Below, one piece after another: positions 1-12,376 of a DNA stretch of 64,000 nucleotides (positions are counted from its first letter, which is position 1; each line of letters begins with the position of its first letter). This stretch comes from Phoronis australis. Lineage: Eukaryota > Animalia > Phoronida. The stretch covers positions 1,707,755 to 1,771,754 of the forward strand of contig NMRA01000001.1 in assembly GCA_002633005.1 (NCBI GenBank), given 5' to 3'. The notes under the pieces were generated by a model. That model ran no database searches, was not told where the DNA came from, and saw only the letters and a list, made by a program, of their open reading frames with translations. The position numbers were made by a program, and so were the translations under genes.

Positions 1-599
1 AACGGAATGTCGGTTATGTTTCTGACATTAAAGGTAGAAATTAATACAGTGGTGCACAAACAGCGTCAGAATAGAGTCGCACATCAAACTAAAATATTAA
101 CAGAACTTTGATGAGGTATATTGGATGAAGGCAACTGGCAATAGTGATACCGGTGCCAGCTGGATGAGCCCTAGTCAGGTAAGAAGGATTATTACGGAAA
201 TTTGTGGAAGTAACACATAAAACTACCATGTTACCACCTAAGGTGAATAAATTGGAAATACAAAAAGCTCTGAGGTGCGTATTAAGCCAAATACAATAGA
301 GCGTAGGTGTATAAAAGAAGAATAACTAAAAATTCTGTGTGGGTGATAAGCTAGATATGGGTGTTAGCCTGGGTGAGTACGTTATCATAGACTACAGATT
401 GAACAGTTAAAATATTGGGTGTCTATATTTAGACATCCCATCACTACCGCCCACGAGCAAAAGGTGGAACAAACTATACATATACCAAAAATTACAAGAG
501 GCCATGATGCATACTTGTTTTCTGATTGGATACATTCACTAACACTTATTTTTGGGAGTAGATATACAAGCTTCGCACTAGAGACTTTCACAATCTCGT

Positions 600-770
600 T
601 TATAATTAATATCATTTTTATTATCATTATTATTACTATTTCTATTATTGTTACTATTATTATTGCTACTATTATTATTGCTACTATTATTTTTATGAAA
701 ATCAGCCCCCCCTCCCCNTATTATTATTGCTACTATTATTTTTATGAAAATCAGCCCCCCCCCCACCCGA
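600..770. repeat. (ATT)n-like microsatellite plus a ~45-bp duplication across an n
   Basis: ttattattgctactattatttttatgaaaatcagccccccc is repeated either side of n718. Confidence 0.85.
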
Positions 771-3700
771 TTCTTCAAAACATATAAAATTACAAAATTT
801 TTAGCAAAAAGGGAGACTGCTGCTATACGTTTTAACAGCATTTGTCTTAACATAATTCAGTGACAGCTAGTAATCCCATACTTATCAAGTATGCAAACTA
901 ATATTATAAGACCTTCCCTTCACTTCAGAATACAACCTGCCAACTGCTGTCCATGTTAAGCATAGGCAGTATACTTAACCTACAGTTGGTTCTTGACAAG
1001 GCAGGTTGGAACATGCCTGAGAACTAAATACATCTTCAGGCATGTCTACCTAGAGTGACTGAATTCCAGAACATTTTAAAGCAAACCCTTCAATAAAGAC
1101 AGTTATATGCAAGATTGGTAATCCAGTGCCACAAATACATCAAAATTGTGCAGTAACCCAACTTTTAAATCATGTTCAAATCTGTGACAAATTGCCAGCT
1201 GATAAGGTTGATATATTCAAGGCACAGATAGAAATGACCACAAATTTCAGATGCAACAAAGAGAAATATGACTTCACTTGTATTTTCAACTTAATCTTCA
1301 TATTTATATCTTGCACACATTCTGGAGGCTAGCAAAGAATCTAACCAAAATTTATTTTTCATGCCTCTCTCACTAGGAAAAACAACTACAGTAGACTCTC
1401 AGGTAATTAAGATGTCTGTGGAGACTTATTTTTATACCAAATGCTCTGATGTCCAATACTATTATCATGAATCCTGACAAGCAGGCATTCTGCTTACAGT
1501 CATGTAGGACAATGATTTATGATAACTAGACAGACAGCATGTGACCAAATCTACTGATAACATGATAGTAGGCTTATAATGTTGCACCAAATTGTTACCT
1601 CTGTACTCAATAGACTAAGATGAAAAAATGGTTTTGCTGTGCATTAGTACTGCCACGTTTCTGTAAGCAGAAGAAATCGGCCGAATCATTTAAAGTCACA
1701 ACTGCAACACATATTTATGCACTCATGAAAACTTTGCTAGAAGTAACTTTTCCTATGATTTTGTTGAGGACAGTAAGCACAACTAGAATTTCACCAAACG
1801 ACACAATATGGTTTACAAATGATGGGTTGCAAAATCAAATTCCTTTTTCTAAACTATAGCTGCCACCAGACAACATTTTGACAAATTCCCACCCCAATGT
1901 TAGCAGTCTTTTCAAAGATTAGTAAAAACCATGTTTGGCAATAGGGCTTGAAAGTGTGGGGACACTGTACTGAGGTAGTACAGGAGATACAACCATCTTG
2001 GTTCCAACTCTTGCCACTTCGCAATGGGACATAACATTCAATCAAACGGTTGTACTAGAAGCATCCCCATTTAGTATCTGTTTCAGAAAAAAACATGGTC
2101 TTCTATGTTCGATTCACAGATGCTTTGACATGAGCTCCAGGTCTCAAAGTTTCTTTTTGTTAAATTTTGCCAGTTCAAAAATATGCCGGTGCAAGTGAAA
2201 AGGCTACGGCCATGTTGTTTGTCTCCAATTTACAGTAGTTGCTAGGGTGTAAGACGTCATCAATTTCCTCCCTATTGGTTAATATTTGAAGTTGATAAGA
2301 TCTTACTTTAGTTAACATTTAATTTTGTAGTGATTTCAAAGTTGTGATTTCCTTCAAGCCACCAACTGGGTGTTGTTAGTTATCACATGCCAATGTCGTG
2401 GATTATCATAAGTGATGATTAAATAAAATTATGCAATCTGCACACTTTTGTGTAAGGGTGATAACAGATAATTTAAGCCCACATACCCATCATCCCACTC
2501 AGTAGTGATGACCTGGCATGGAATGTAATCTTTATAGAATGTACCCTATAACACAGACTTTACTATGCTAAACAAAAGCATTAGTTCGGAGACAAACATA
2601 TTCGTTAGGAAAAGTATACCAACCACGTTAAATGAATTCAAATTAATGATGAACAATTTGATATTAACAGTTATGAACTGACTCATTCCAACCAAAAATC
2701 AACCAACACCAAAAGCATGATATCCAATACCCCTTTCACGAACTGGCTAAAACACTAGCATTGTAGCTAGTACGTACCAGAACTGTCGTCAGGTGAACGG
2801 TTACAAGTGTCACTTCTGCTGGCAGTATGGTTTGAATTACCTGCAGTTTTAGGTGGCACAAGTATGTAACCACACTGCTTATTTCAGAGAACACACTCAC
2901 AAACAGGCGGGTAATGGCCTTTGTGGCCTTTGCTTATTGTCGCATTAATCAATTTATGGCTGAGACTGAGCTGTTTTGACACCAAACTTAGCTTAAAAGC
3001 CACTCCAGTGGACTACTGGCTAAAATTACCTCTTCAATGGCAGCTCATCTCTATGGCTAACTAGCCTTTATCCCAGTGAAACTGCTACCATTTTCGCCAG
3101 GCATGTGAATCTAGTACAAAAAACCAGAGTCCTCTATGGAATATCTGCCTGTACCGTTTTCCCTAGGCAGGTGAATCAACTGAAGCAAAAGAGACCTCCA
3201 TACAACACCTGCCTGTAGGGTCCTTTCAGACAGGGTTATGCAGCAAGGATTGGGACTAAACACTTGCAATAGGCATTTTCCTTGTTACAGCATTATAACT
3301 TCTATGCACAAACACAAATATATGAGTGACAAATCAACACAAAAATGCAACTGAAAACCAAAGCTAAGAATATCTGATGAGAATATCAAAAGGGTTAAGG
3401 GTTGACACTAGCTGTAGACTAGACTCCTGGAGTAAAAGTTGTTATAAAATCCTTTCACTCAGTTTTCAAGCTAAAGTTCATATTCTGACACAATCTGTAG
3501 CCAACACTTTGCCCGACAGATAGAGAATGTCTCAATACAAGTAACACACACAACTAGCAGAATAAGCCTGAGGTTGAAAGCAGTGAGTACAGGCATATTT
3601 TTCCATAATTTAGGTGATGCAACACAAATGTTTTAAGGATTCATATGTCACTTAAGGAGAACTTAAGCACTGAACAAACTTGAAGAAATTATGCCAACAT

Positions 3701-6700
3701 ACCACTTTCTTCAAAGTATACGACATGGTTCACACGGCAAACAGTCTCTTTCATACCTGAAACGAAATCGAACACAAGTCAAGCTGACTGATGGTTCGAC
3801 AAAAAAGCCGAGGGTTCAAAACCTGACAGATACGTCACAGCTCACCAACAATCAAATACTCAAACAAACACAATCTGTCACATCACCAGGGGCCGGGATC
3901 TAATCGACCTCAAAATTATTTTTGTCATTCTCCGATCTACTTTTGTATGAGATCAAAAACAGTATCTGTTATTCTGCACTCAGGAATATTATGCAGTTAA
4001 CAAAAATGAGCTTGTAGTCCAAGTTTGCATTTGATGGCTCCTCGAGATTCTGTGTAAAAACTCAAACTTTTAGTCTCAATGATGGGGTCATTAAGTACAA
4101 ACTAAGATGAAACAGTTATTCACTTGAGCACATACAGAATAAGGCACTGGCTCACCTTGAATTTGTACAAAAGGAATTTGCACAAAAGCAGAATAGATAC
4201 TGCCAAAAATAATTTTTAGTTCAACCTCAAGTAAAAGGTGCCCTGGTGCTCCTGTTAATAAATCAGTCTTGTATTAAAACACTGTTGGTTAAATCATGCC
4301 ACACCATATGGAAGTAACAACGTAAGTCATGTATGGTACTCACAGTCCTTCCAACTGCACAGGCCAGCCAAGACAAGCACACACGCACCCTTGACTGACT
4401 AATAAATACCAGGATTGATGAGGTGAAGGGTCAACACCAACACACTAGATGAGGTGAAAGGTCAAAACCAAGACTTCCAGACAACCTGAAGTGAACTACA
4501 GTCTTCTGAAGTTATGCGACCTATTTCAAATTCAATGTCCAGCTTTTTTAGGATTTTAAAATAAACAATCTTCTGTATAAAACAAACATTACTTGAAACA
4601 AGAACAAATTGGTATCCAAAAGGATGTAACAAATCACATATTGAGAAAACTGTGTGAACAATCAACCTTCAATACACCTCTGAAGCAAAATGGATTATTG
4701 TCCCATTTCTCTTGTTGCCAAGGTGATAACCTTTGACCATACAGGGAAAATTCACCAGAGGTTTGCAAGACCTCATGCTGGTTCTCCACATGTGTGCATA
4801 TGGACCTTATGCAAGTATGTAAAAAATTGCAAAACTGCACCCATTGGAAACCCACATGTGGTCTATCTGATCATACAGTGTATATATGGCAAAGGTAAAT
4901 TTACAGAGGGAATTGTTTATAATAAGGTAACCTTATCAAAAATGAGTTTTGTTTACTTAGTTTAATGTTAATAGTTCACTGATAAAACAAAGGGTAAGAA
5001 GAAAAGTTCACAGAACTCCATTTGGCCAAGACTGTGTTAAATTAAGACGAGCTGTGATGACGGTTTTCTAAAAGAGGGAAAGGTGTTGTCTCACTCTTGG
5101 AAGAGGCTGTCATCAAGTCTTAAGGAAATAACATTTAAATTGCATATCTGAACTGGTTCAATACATGACCAAACATGTAGCCAAATTATAAGAGGTGCAA
5201 TGTATTATGCGAAATGGCCCTGGTGCAAACTCATCAGGGACTAAAAACTCTACTGGCTTGATTTGAATAACCTACTACCTAGAATACATGTTTATCTTCT
5301 TGGTACTTGGGCTATTTATTGGCCTGACAATGAACATTGGTAATGTTTTATAAAGAAACTCTTATCTAAGGCCATCAGTTTAATGTTTACTAGCTTGAAA
5401 TCCTATGCCATCTACAGAGCAAACATGGTGCTTCCAGGAATTTCAACCAGACCAAGGTGGGCCTGCTGGCTATTGAGAATGGTCTCGCAAATCAAAACAG
5501 CATCATGTCTGTACAGGGACTGCCATGACACTGAGTTAGATCTCAGTCTGACCTTGAAAACAAGACAAAAACTAAGTGGAAACCGACTAAGTGTTGAACA
5601 GTCTGAATGAGACCCCTGTGGAGGTGTTGTATTACTGGCTCATTTTTGGCCCAAGCTGTCCTTTTCCATTCATTCCTAGTTCATTTGATAAATAGACAGT
5701 TCAAATCAAATGTATTCAGGTAAAACAAAAGAGAATTACTCATCGTGGCGGCTGGGCAGAAGCCAATTAATCATCACAGTAGTCTTCCATGACAAAGAAT
5801 TAAAGGGAATGAACAGCAGGGTTGGTAAGGAGGCTAAGCCATTCCGTATTTACAATATCGGTGACATAATAATTATCATCGGTCTTTTTGATGACAGAAT
5901 TTTGTGTGAATACATTTGTCTAGTTACATGTTTTGTACTCTCATTTACACAAATAACAATACTTCACTTTTACACAGTAGATGGTTCTTTGAATCATCAG
6001 ATATTCTCAGAACAAGTTTGACACGACTTAGACTAGATTCGCTTATTGATGTCTCTTTGATTTAAAAAAATGTTCGTGTTTAATATTTAAATAATTTCCT
6101 ACAGCATTTGAGTAATTCCCTAAACCTCTACCTAGCAATATGATTATCAAATCTCTAGATATGCATTTGAAATTTGCCACGTCACCCACAAAATCAGAAT
6201 CCAACAATGTGCGAGTTGATAGTTGTGAACAGTCATATAATGTGTTCTTTGTTAACAGATCAATGGAAAAAACATTCCTCTAAACATTGTCCAGCTATTG
6301 GGACCGAGTTCTTCATCCTCTAGTTTTTCAGAAACTTCCGAAAACCGACAAAGCTGTTTCACCCTCATATTGAGCATATTTCACACAACATGTTCTCATT
6401 CACACAGTCTGATTCATCCATTACATCGGCCGAGTCGTTCATGGGCAAATGGGGGATAAGTCTCATTTATTTTCAGCGTGCCTGGCGGCGTTATAACATA
6501 GCCTAAGAAAAACATCTTTTTAAAACTTTAAATGATTAACCTATGCCTGAAACTTAAAGAGGTAATCAACCTTCATTAGGGCGTTCTCCCTTTCAGTGAC
6601 TTTACCAGACATAGACTGGTGAGCATGTGATAAAATTTAGCTCCATTGTTAACTGCCAAGCACAGTCTTTTGTCTGATATGACAACATGCAGGTCAATTA

Positions 6701-7151
6701 TCTACCAGGCTTATTACCGACCACATGTGAACACAGTCAAACCCAGAGCAAAGTGGTACGTTCGGAAAGAATAGATTGTCACTACTTCGGATGTAACTAA
6801 TTGGGTGATTTTGGCGATTCAGAAACAAAACATGGTGAGCACTTGACCAATACAGAAATGCTATTGGTTTATGTTCAAATATGTTATAAATTAACTTTTA
6901 TTTTTAACAGCATAGCCCATTCAGGCTAGATACGATCTTATTGAACATCAGAGCAATTATCAAACAAAAGAGAGCCGGGGGGAGGGGGGGGGGCTCTTCA
7001 ACCATAAATGCTAGAATGGAGTTAATCATTCGTGTAAGATACTGGCGACGGTGGTCATCCTCCCAACTTGTTGGGCTAAACAATCAAACAAGTTGGGCTC
7101 TACGGGAAAACGCCATAATGTTCCTTACATTTTTTCATTGATATCACTTAC

Positions 7152-7180
7152 CATAAATTATAAAATTTAGTCTCAAATTG
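7152..7180 (-). other. Candidate 29-nt non-coding exon
   Basis: tgttttttgctactaaacag|CAATTTG...TTTATG|gtaagt. Confidence 0.35.
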
Positions 7181-7545
7181 CTGTTTAGTAGCAAAAAACA
7201 GGCTTTGAAGGAACCGAAAGCTGGTTATTGGATGAGACCAGGCTCTATAAGTTAACTAGTCAAAGCGTGTCATCTTATGGGTAGAACATTGTCTCAAGGA
7301 AAAACGATTAAGTTGCCGGTTCCTTGAAAACCTAGAAAAACCACTTTCATCCTGGGAAGGACCAAGTTGAAACCAAGTCACCAAAATCAAAAGGTTGCTT
7401 CTTGGCCAGAACACCAGAGAATAGAAAACGGCGAATAGTTTGCAAGTACGGCTTTAAATAAATGAAAATTTCACGTGCAAATAATGTTGACAATGACAAG
7501 AATCAGGACAGGGTAAGATCATAAAATACATGCAAGACAACTTAC

Positions 7546-7601
7546 CAACTGAGGGCAAAGAGCCATGTACCATCATGCATACGTCATGATGGAATTTTTA
7601 C
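7546..7601 (-). other. Candidate 56-nt exon with stops in all three frames
   Basis: gttattttcttgtag|GTAAAAATT...CAGTTG|gtaagt; TGCATG inside the exon and 11 nt into the downstream intron. Confidence 0.5.
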
Positions 7602-8942
7602 CTACAAGAAAATAACAACGATTAGAGGATGAATGTGAGACATGTAAATATCATATTTAATTCAGCAGATTACGAGTGGTACCATGGCAATGACATCACC
7701 CCCTCCACGTTAACTTTCAAACCACGCAATTGTCAACCGTGCAGTAATGAAGTTTGTTTTAGTTAAAGCCTCATGTACAGCTAATCAGGTCTTGTTAAAA
7801 GACCAGATAAAAGACTAAGAAACGAAGTTTGAGGTAACAAATAGTGTGACACAAACAATCAGTGAGCTCCACTCAAACCATTAATTATATCCTATACTAA
7901 ACAAGAGACATAAACTGCCTATGTTAAATTCCTCTAAAAGTGTTCCATTCCAAAATGAAGAAAAAAAAGGGTTTTCAACATGGAGCTGCAAGTATTTTCA
8001 CTAACTTTTTGCACAAAAGACATTTGAAAGAGAGCTTGAACTATACATATCAAACTGTTTGAAAGTTAACGTACTGAAAATTGCATGTTTCAAAATTCTT
8101 AAAAACGAAGTTAAATCAGAAACAGAACATATTGCAAGCTTGCCAAAAATCTTTTCGGGTAAATACTTTTTTCAAAGTTAACTGCCATAGCAAATCATCA
8201 GTGAATTTGACCGAAGTAACTTCGACTCCGTGGGTTCATAACAGGAGACAACACGATGCACACAACATTCAGTGGTAAATAACATCAAAACAGTCTAAAA
8301 TCAACAGACTATGTATGCAGAAAGACATTAGGCAACCTTGCACTTGATGAAATCAAAAATGATAGCTACCTTCATTGTCGTCACTTTCACTAACATGTCA
8401 AAAATAAAACTGAGTTATACAATGTATTCTTGCACAAAGCCAGTTGCTACACGTATCACCTTTCAGGACTATGGAACAGAATAACGGAACATTTTCATTG
8501 ATGAAGAAATTCATTTGAAACGCATTTATTGCATCTGTGCTTGAGCAGGTAATGTGCTCATATAATTTTTAAGATGGCAAAGATCTGGTTCCAAGTGCAT
8601 ATGATTGGATGGAATAAACCTTTTTACGGATATCGAAAATCGATGCGTGCGCCTCCTAGAGTATGGAACTGTAGGATTTCAGTCACTGAATACAGAATAA
8701 AGGAGGTGTCATTTATGTGTACCTCTGCTCGCTAAGTTGGAAGTTGATATAGCATAGATGCTTCCTATGTACTCACATCTATGAATTTGTGGTTGTTTGA
8801 AATGTTAACGAAATGTCGCGATTCCTACTGATCCCATATCCATGTTGACTTGACGACTGCTATCCCACAATCCTTTGGGTATACAAAGTCTCACGCTATC
8901 CGTAAAAAGATCACTAGATGAGAGCATAATAGCACGTTTTAA

Positions 8943-9222
8943 ATGACTTCAGCGTGAATGAAAATGAAACAGACGTTTCAAAGAATTGACAAGAATGAAA
9001 ATGAGGCAAAGAAAATGTTCTCAACATTCAGTCAGTTTTCACATGAAATGAAACTTGTTCCGGTGAACAATCTAGAGTAGCAGTGAGACACAATACCTGA
9101 GTAGCGCACTTCTGGCCCTGGTGAAAATACTCGTGCGCAGTCGTGGGTAGAATGAAAATGAGGCTTGGGAAAATGCATCTTGACCCAACGGCATGATATG
9201 ATGAATTTGTTTTAGGACATGG
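8943..9222 (-). promoter_or_regulatory. Dense YCAY cluster (putative Nova-binding element) including repeated UCAUUUUCAUUC
   Basis: 18 YCAY on the transcript strand in 280 nt (hand count) against 1 on the other strand; gaatgaaaatga occurs at about 8956, 8993 and 9150. Confidence 0.65.
9097..9117 (-). CDS. Candidate 21-nt microexon (xPEVRYSG) of an alternative Nova 3' end
   Basis: tattttcaccag|GGCCAGAAGTGCGCTACTCAG|gtattg; open in phase 1-1; embedded in the YCAY cluster. Confidence 0.4.
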
Positions 9223-11985
9223 TCACTTCCTCCAGAGTTTAGCCACTGAATTCAACACACATCTACCAGTACTTTATTCTAGTTTGCATGGGTGTTCCAT
9301 TAACATCAACATTAAATTTAGTGGTTGAATTACAAATCGCTTCCAAAGCTTTTCTTGCTCGAAACAGTACCATTCTCAAAAGGCACTTAAAAAACATGCA
9401 TCCACTAAAGCACCCCTCAGGGGTCCATACCCCCTACTCAGAAACTTTAAAACTGTTGTTAATGGAAGAAGACAAAGTTCCTCCAATGTCTGACCATTAA
9501 GAGACCCCTTCTGTCCAATATGTAGGACGGTGAAAATTCTCTACATTGGGTCAGTGAAAACTTAATTATATTGCTTACGGTCCGTGACTATACACAATTT
9601 TAGAAACAGACAATAGTGGCCGTCCCGAATTCGTCTCGATATTACACAAGAGGTCCATGAAAATGTCAGCTATTTTTGAGGACAAGTAAAATATTAATTG
9701 CCAAGTCTTTTTTTTCAGACCCTTATGATACAAAACAGTGTCTGATATTTGAGAAATGCATGTCCGAATCTTCAGAATCAAGAGAGCTCAACTTCACCTC
9801 AAGTTTCAGAGTTTCAAATTTCAGGGACTCTCCCTAACTGGAGAATTTTTACCATAGACCACACAGCATTCAATTAAAACCTAAATTAATTTCAACCTGT
9901 GAAATGACGTTGTTGTGGCTAAAATCTGGAGAACGCTGTAGAGGCATAAAGAGACCTCAAGCAACAAACCATCATAACTACAGAACATCTGAAGAAACAA
10001 GAGCACAACTGGTGAACAATGTAATCAACATGATAGATACAATCCAATAAGCGAAACCAAAACGTAAAACGATTGTTCGGGCACATTGCAACATTTTGGT
10101 TCCCCCATACTCTCATTTTTGTCATGCTTAGAGACTTCTTACAAAATCGCTTTATTTCTTATTTTGTTCTCGACTTTTGAATGAAATACGATGTTTATGT
10201 AGCTAGAGACAGCTCGTGGCAGATCCAGTTTCTGAAAAATTTTGATTGGGAACACAGTACCTAGTAATCTATAAAATAACTTGATAATTTGGTGCACAAA
10301 TTGTGTATTCGGATATTCGGAATAAAAAATCCCTTCATGACCAGGAATATCTGCAGTCCTCCAAAATACAGGTCCATGGCCATACTTTCAAAGCCACAAT
10401 AGAAATTTCTATGGTTTGTAAGGTTTCTCAAATTGAACAGCAGCAGCGAGTGCTAAACAAAAACAAGGCTTTATTAGAAACAGGTCACTTTTTTGCTCAT
10501 CTACAAAACAAACATAAAATTACCATTGAAACCATAAACTCTCTTAGCTACATATCAGTTCTCATTCAACTAGAAGGCCCAGATTGTTAATTGGGGCACT
10601 AGAAGGGAAAAATATTCCATTACCAGATGAGTGCGTATTGTCAGTTTTCAAGCCACATTATTTTGTAAAGTGTACAAACACTGAAAATTAAACACGGATA
10701 GTCGTCACAGAATAAGAATGAAGATAAGGTATTTGAAACCCCTTCAAACATTTGCAGTCAGGAAATGGCAATCTTAAAGAAACAAATCACCACATGCTTC
10801 CGGGTTACCAATAGCATGACCCACCTCTTGATACAATATATCTTTAGTTAATAAATTTTATGATGCGCGAGTAATGAGCTAGCCAGAACCCCGTCACGAG
10901 AATTTTTTGAAACGCGAGTGCAGAAATATTTAAAAAACAACCATGTCGGGTCTCTAGTAGAGAGCAGGAGATTGAGGTATTTTCCAGCGTGAAAAAGGTA
11001 AGGAACCACTGAAATTCATTGTTCGTAGGATAAGCATGCTTCTTGGAGCTAAAACTGTGATGAGTCGAGCATTCACAAAGACACAGGCACTTTTAAGCAG
11101 CCTGTAGTCACATAAACTGAGGATGGACGGTAAGCCGAGCATGGGCACTTAAAAGTGAAAATTTGGACATTTCAGGAATGGGCGGTGAGCTAGGCACGGG
11201 TATTGACCAGGACAAGTACAGTATACATTGTCTAAAATGTTGACAGTCGAGGTCCTCTTCCAACCACATAAGGCATGCTAACGAAGTACAAATTCTGACA
11301 AGACAAAGAGATGAGCGCAGATGTATTTTCAAGGTAGCTTCACTGAAGCTCAAGTCACACTCTTTGTGCAAATGAGAGGATACAAGAATGATCAAGCGAA
11401 CGTAATGGTGTATTCAGAAAACAGGCAAATACATGGCAGACAACGTATGACAGAAGTATGACTTTATGTTAACTGAGAGTCTTAAAATATGTTTAACAAC
11501 AGAAAACACATCTTAAAATGTGAACTAGCATCTAACGATAATGAATCAAAATATGCTCATATAATGATTAACTAACATCTTAAGGCCTGCTAGAGAAACT
11601 GGTTTCTGTGAAATCTGTTTTTCCATCACCTCCCACATGAGAGCAAAAATGATAAGGACGAAAAGGTCAAAAAACACAATGAAATCAAACATGAACACAG
11701 TCAATGCCTTTTAACAGAGTCACGTTATGCAGTGAAGATGCTTGTAATGCAAACTTGAAAATAATTAAAGTACTCCTTGAGAGCCAATATTTCTGAAGAG
11801 TAGTTTCAAGCTGCGTTTAATCTTGGACACCTATGTACTCCTACAGTAATGCATTCACTTTTGAAACAATGTAAGACGGATGACCCCTATTACTTCCAGG
11901 TTAAGTTATACTGAGTTTTTCAGTAATAACAGTGAAGTTATTCACACAGCACTAGATGGCATGGGGAAATGTTGAGTATCTAACG

Positions 11986-12364
11986 ATGAGCTCGGCACGG
12001 CGCAAACTGAGAGCAATATGTAAAAATGAACTAGAAGCACAATACACACATGAAAAAGTCAAATGCTCGAGTTAGAGAGATGATAACCATGACATCTTCA
12101 CGCAAAAAATGACGATCTGATTCGAACAAAAGTTGACAACAAGCAATGCTCACAAAAACATCAGTCAGTCCTTCGAACAACGGCACCGCGAATGACATGA
12201 ATGAAAGAACTTCAAACGTTATGACGGTGTGATGAAAATTGAGTGGCAAATCCTCAACAACAGACTGCTCCAAATGCAGGGCAACGTTAGAATGGACGTT
12301 TTTATAAAAATTAGACGGTACAATGAGGTATGGAGGTATATGACCAACTGGCTACTGAGTATGA
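11986..12364 (-). promoter_or_regulatory. YCAY cluster (putative Nova-binding element) directly after the Nova stop codon
   Basis: Hand count of about 18 RTGR (YCAY on the transcript strand) in about 380 nt, against about 3 YCAY on the opposite strand. Confidence 0.6.
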
Positions 12365-12376
12365 CTACAAGTGTGC

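Noticed and set aside
1-600. Possible decayed LINE endonuclease region (VVMGCLNID resembling GDxN)
   Set aside because: One weak motif with many stops; it cannot be supported without a profile search.
419-853. Poly-Ile and poly-Asn ORFs
   Set aside because: Translations of an (ATT)n microsatellite that crosses an n join.
4417-4472. 31-bp tandem duplication gatgaggtgaa(g/a)ggtcaa(c/a)accaa
   Set aside because: A two-copy local duplication; its four YCAYs are a by-product and too few to call a cluster.
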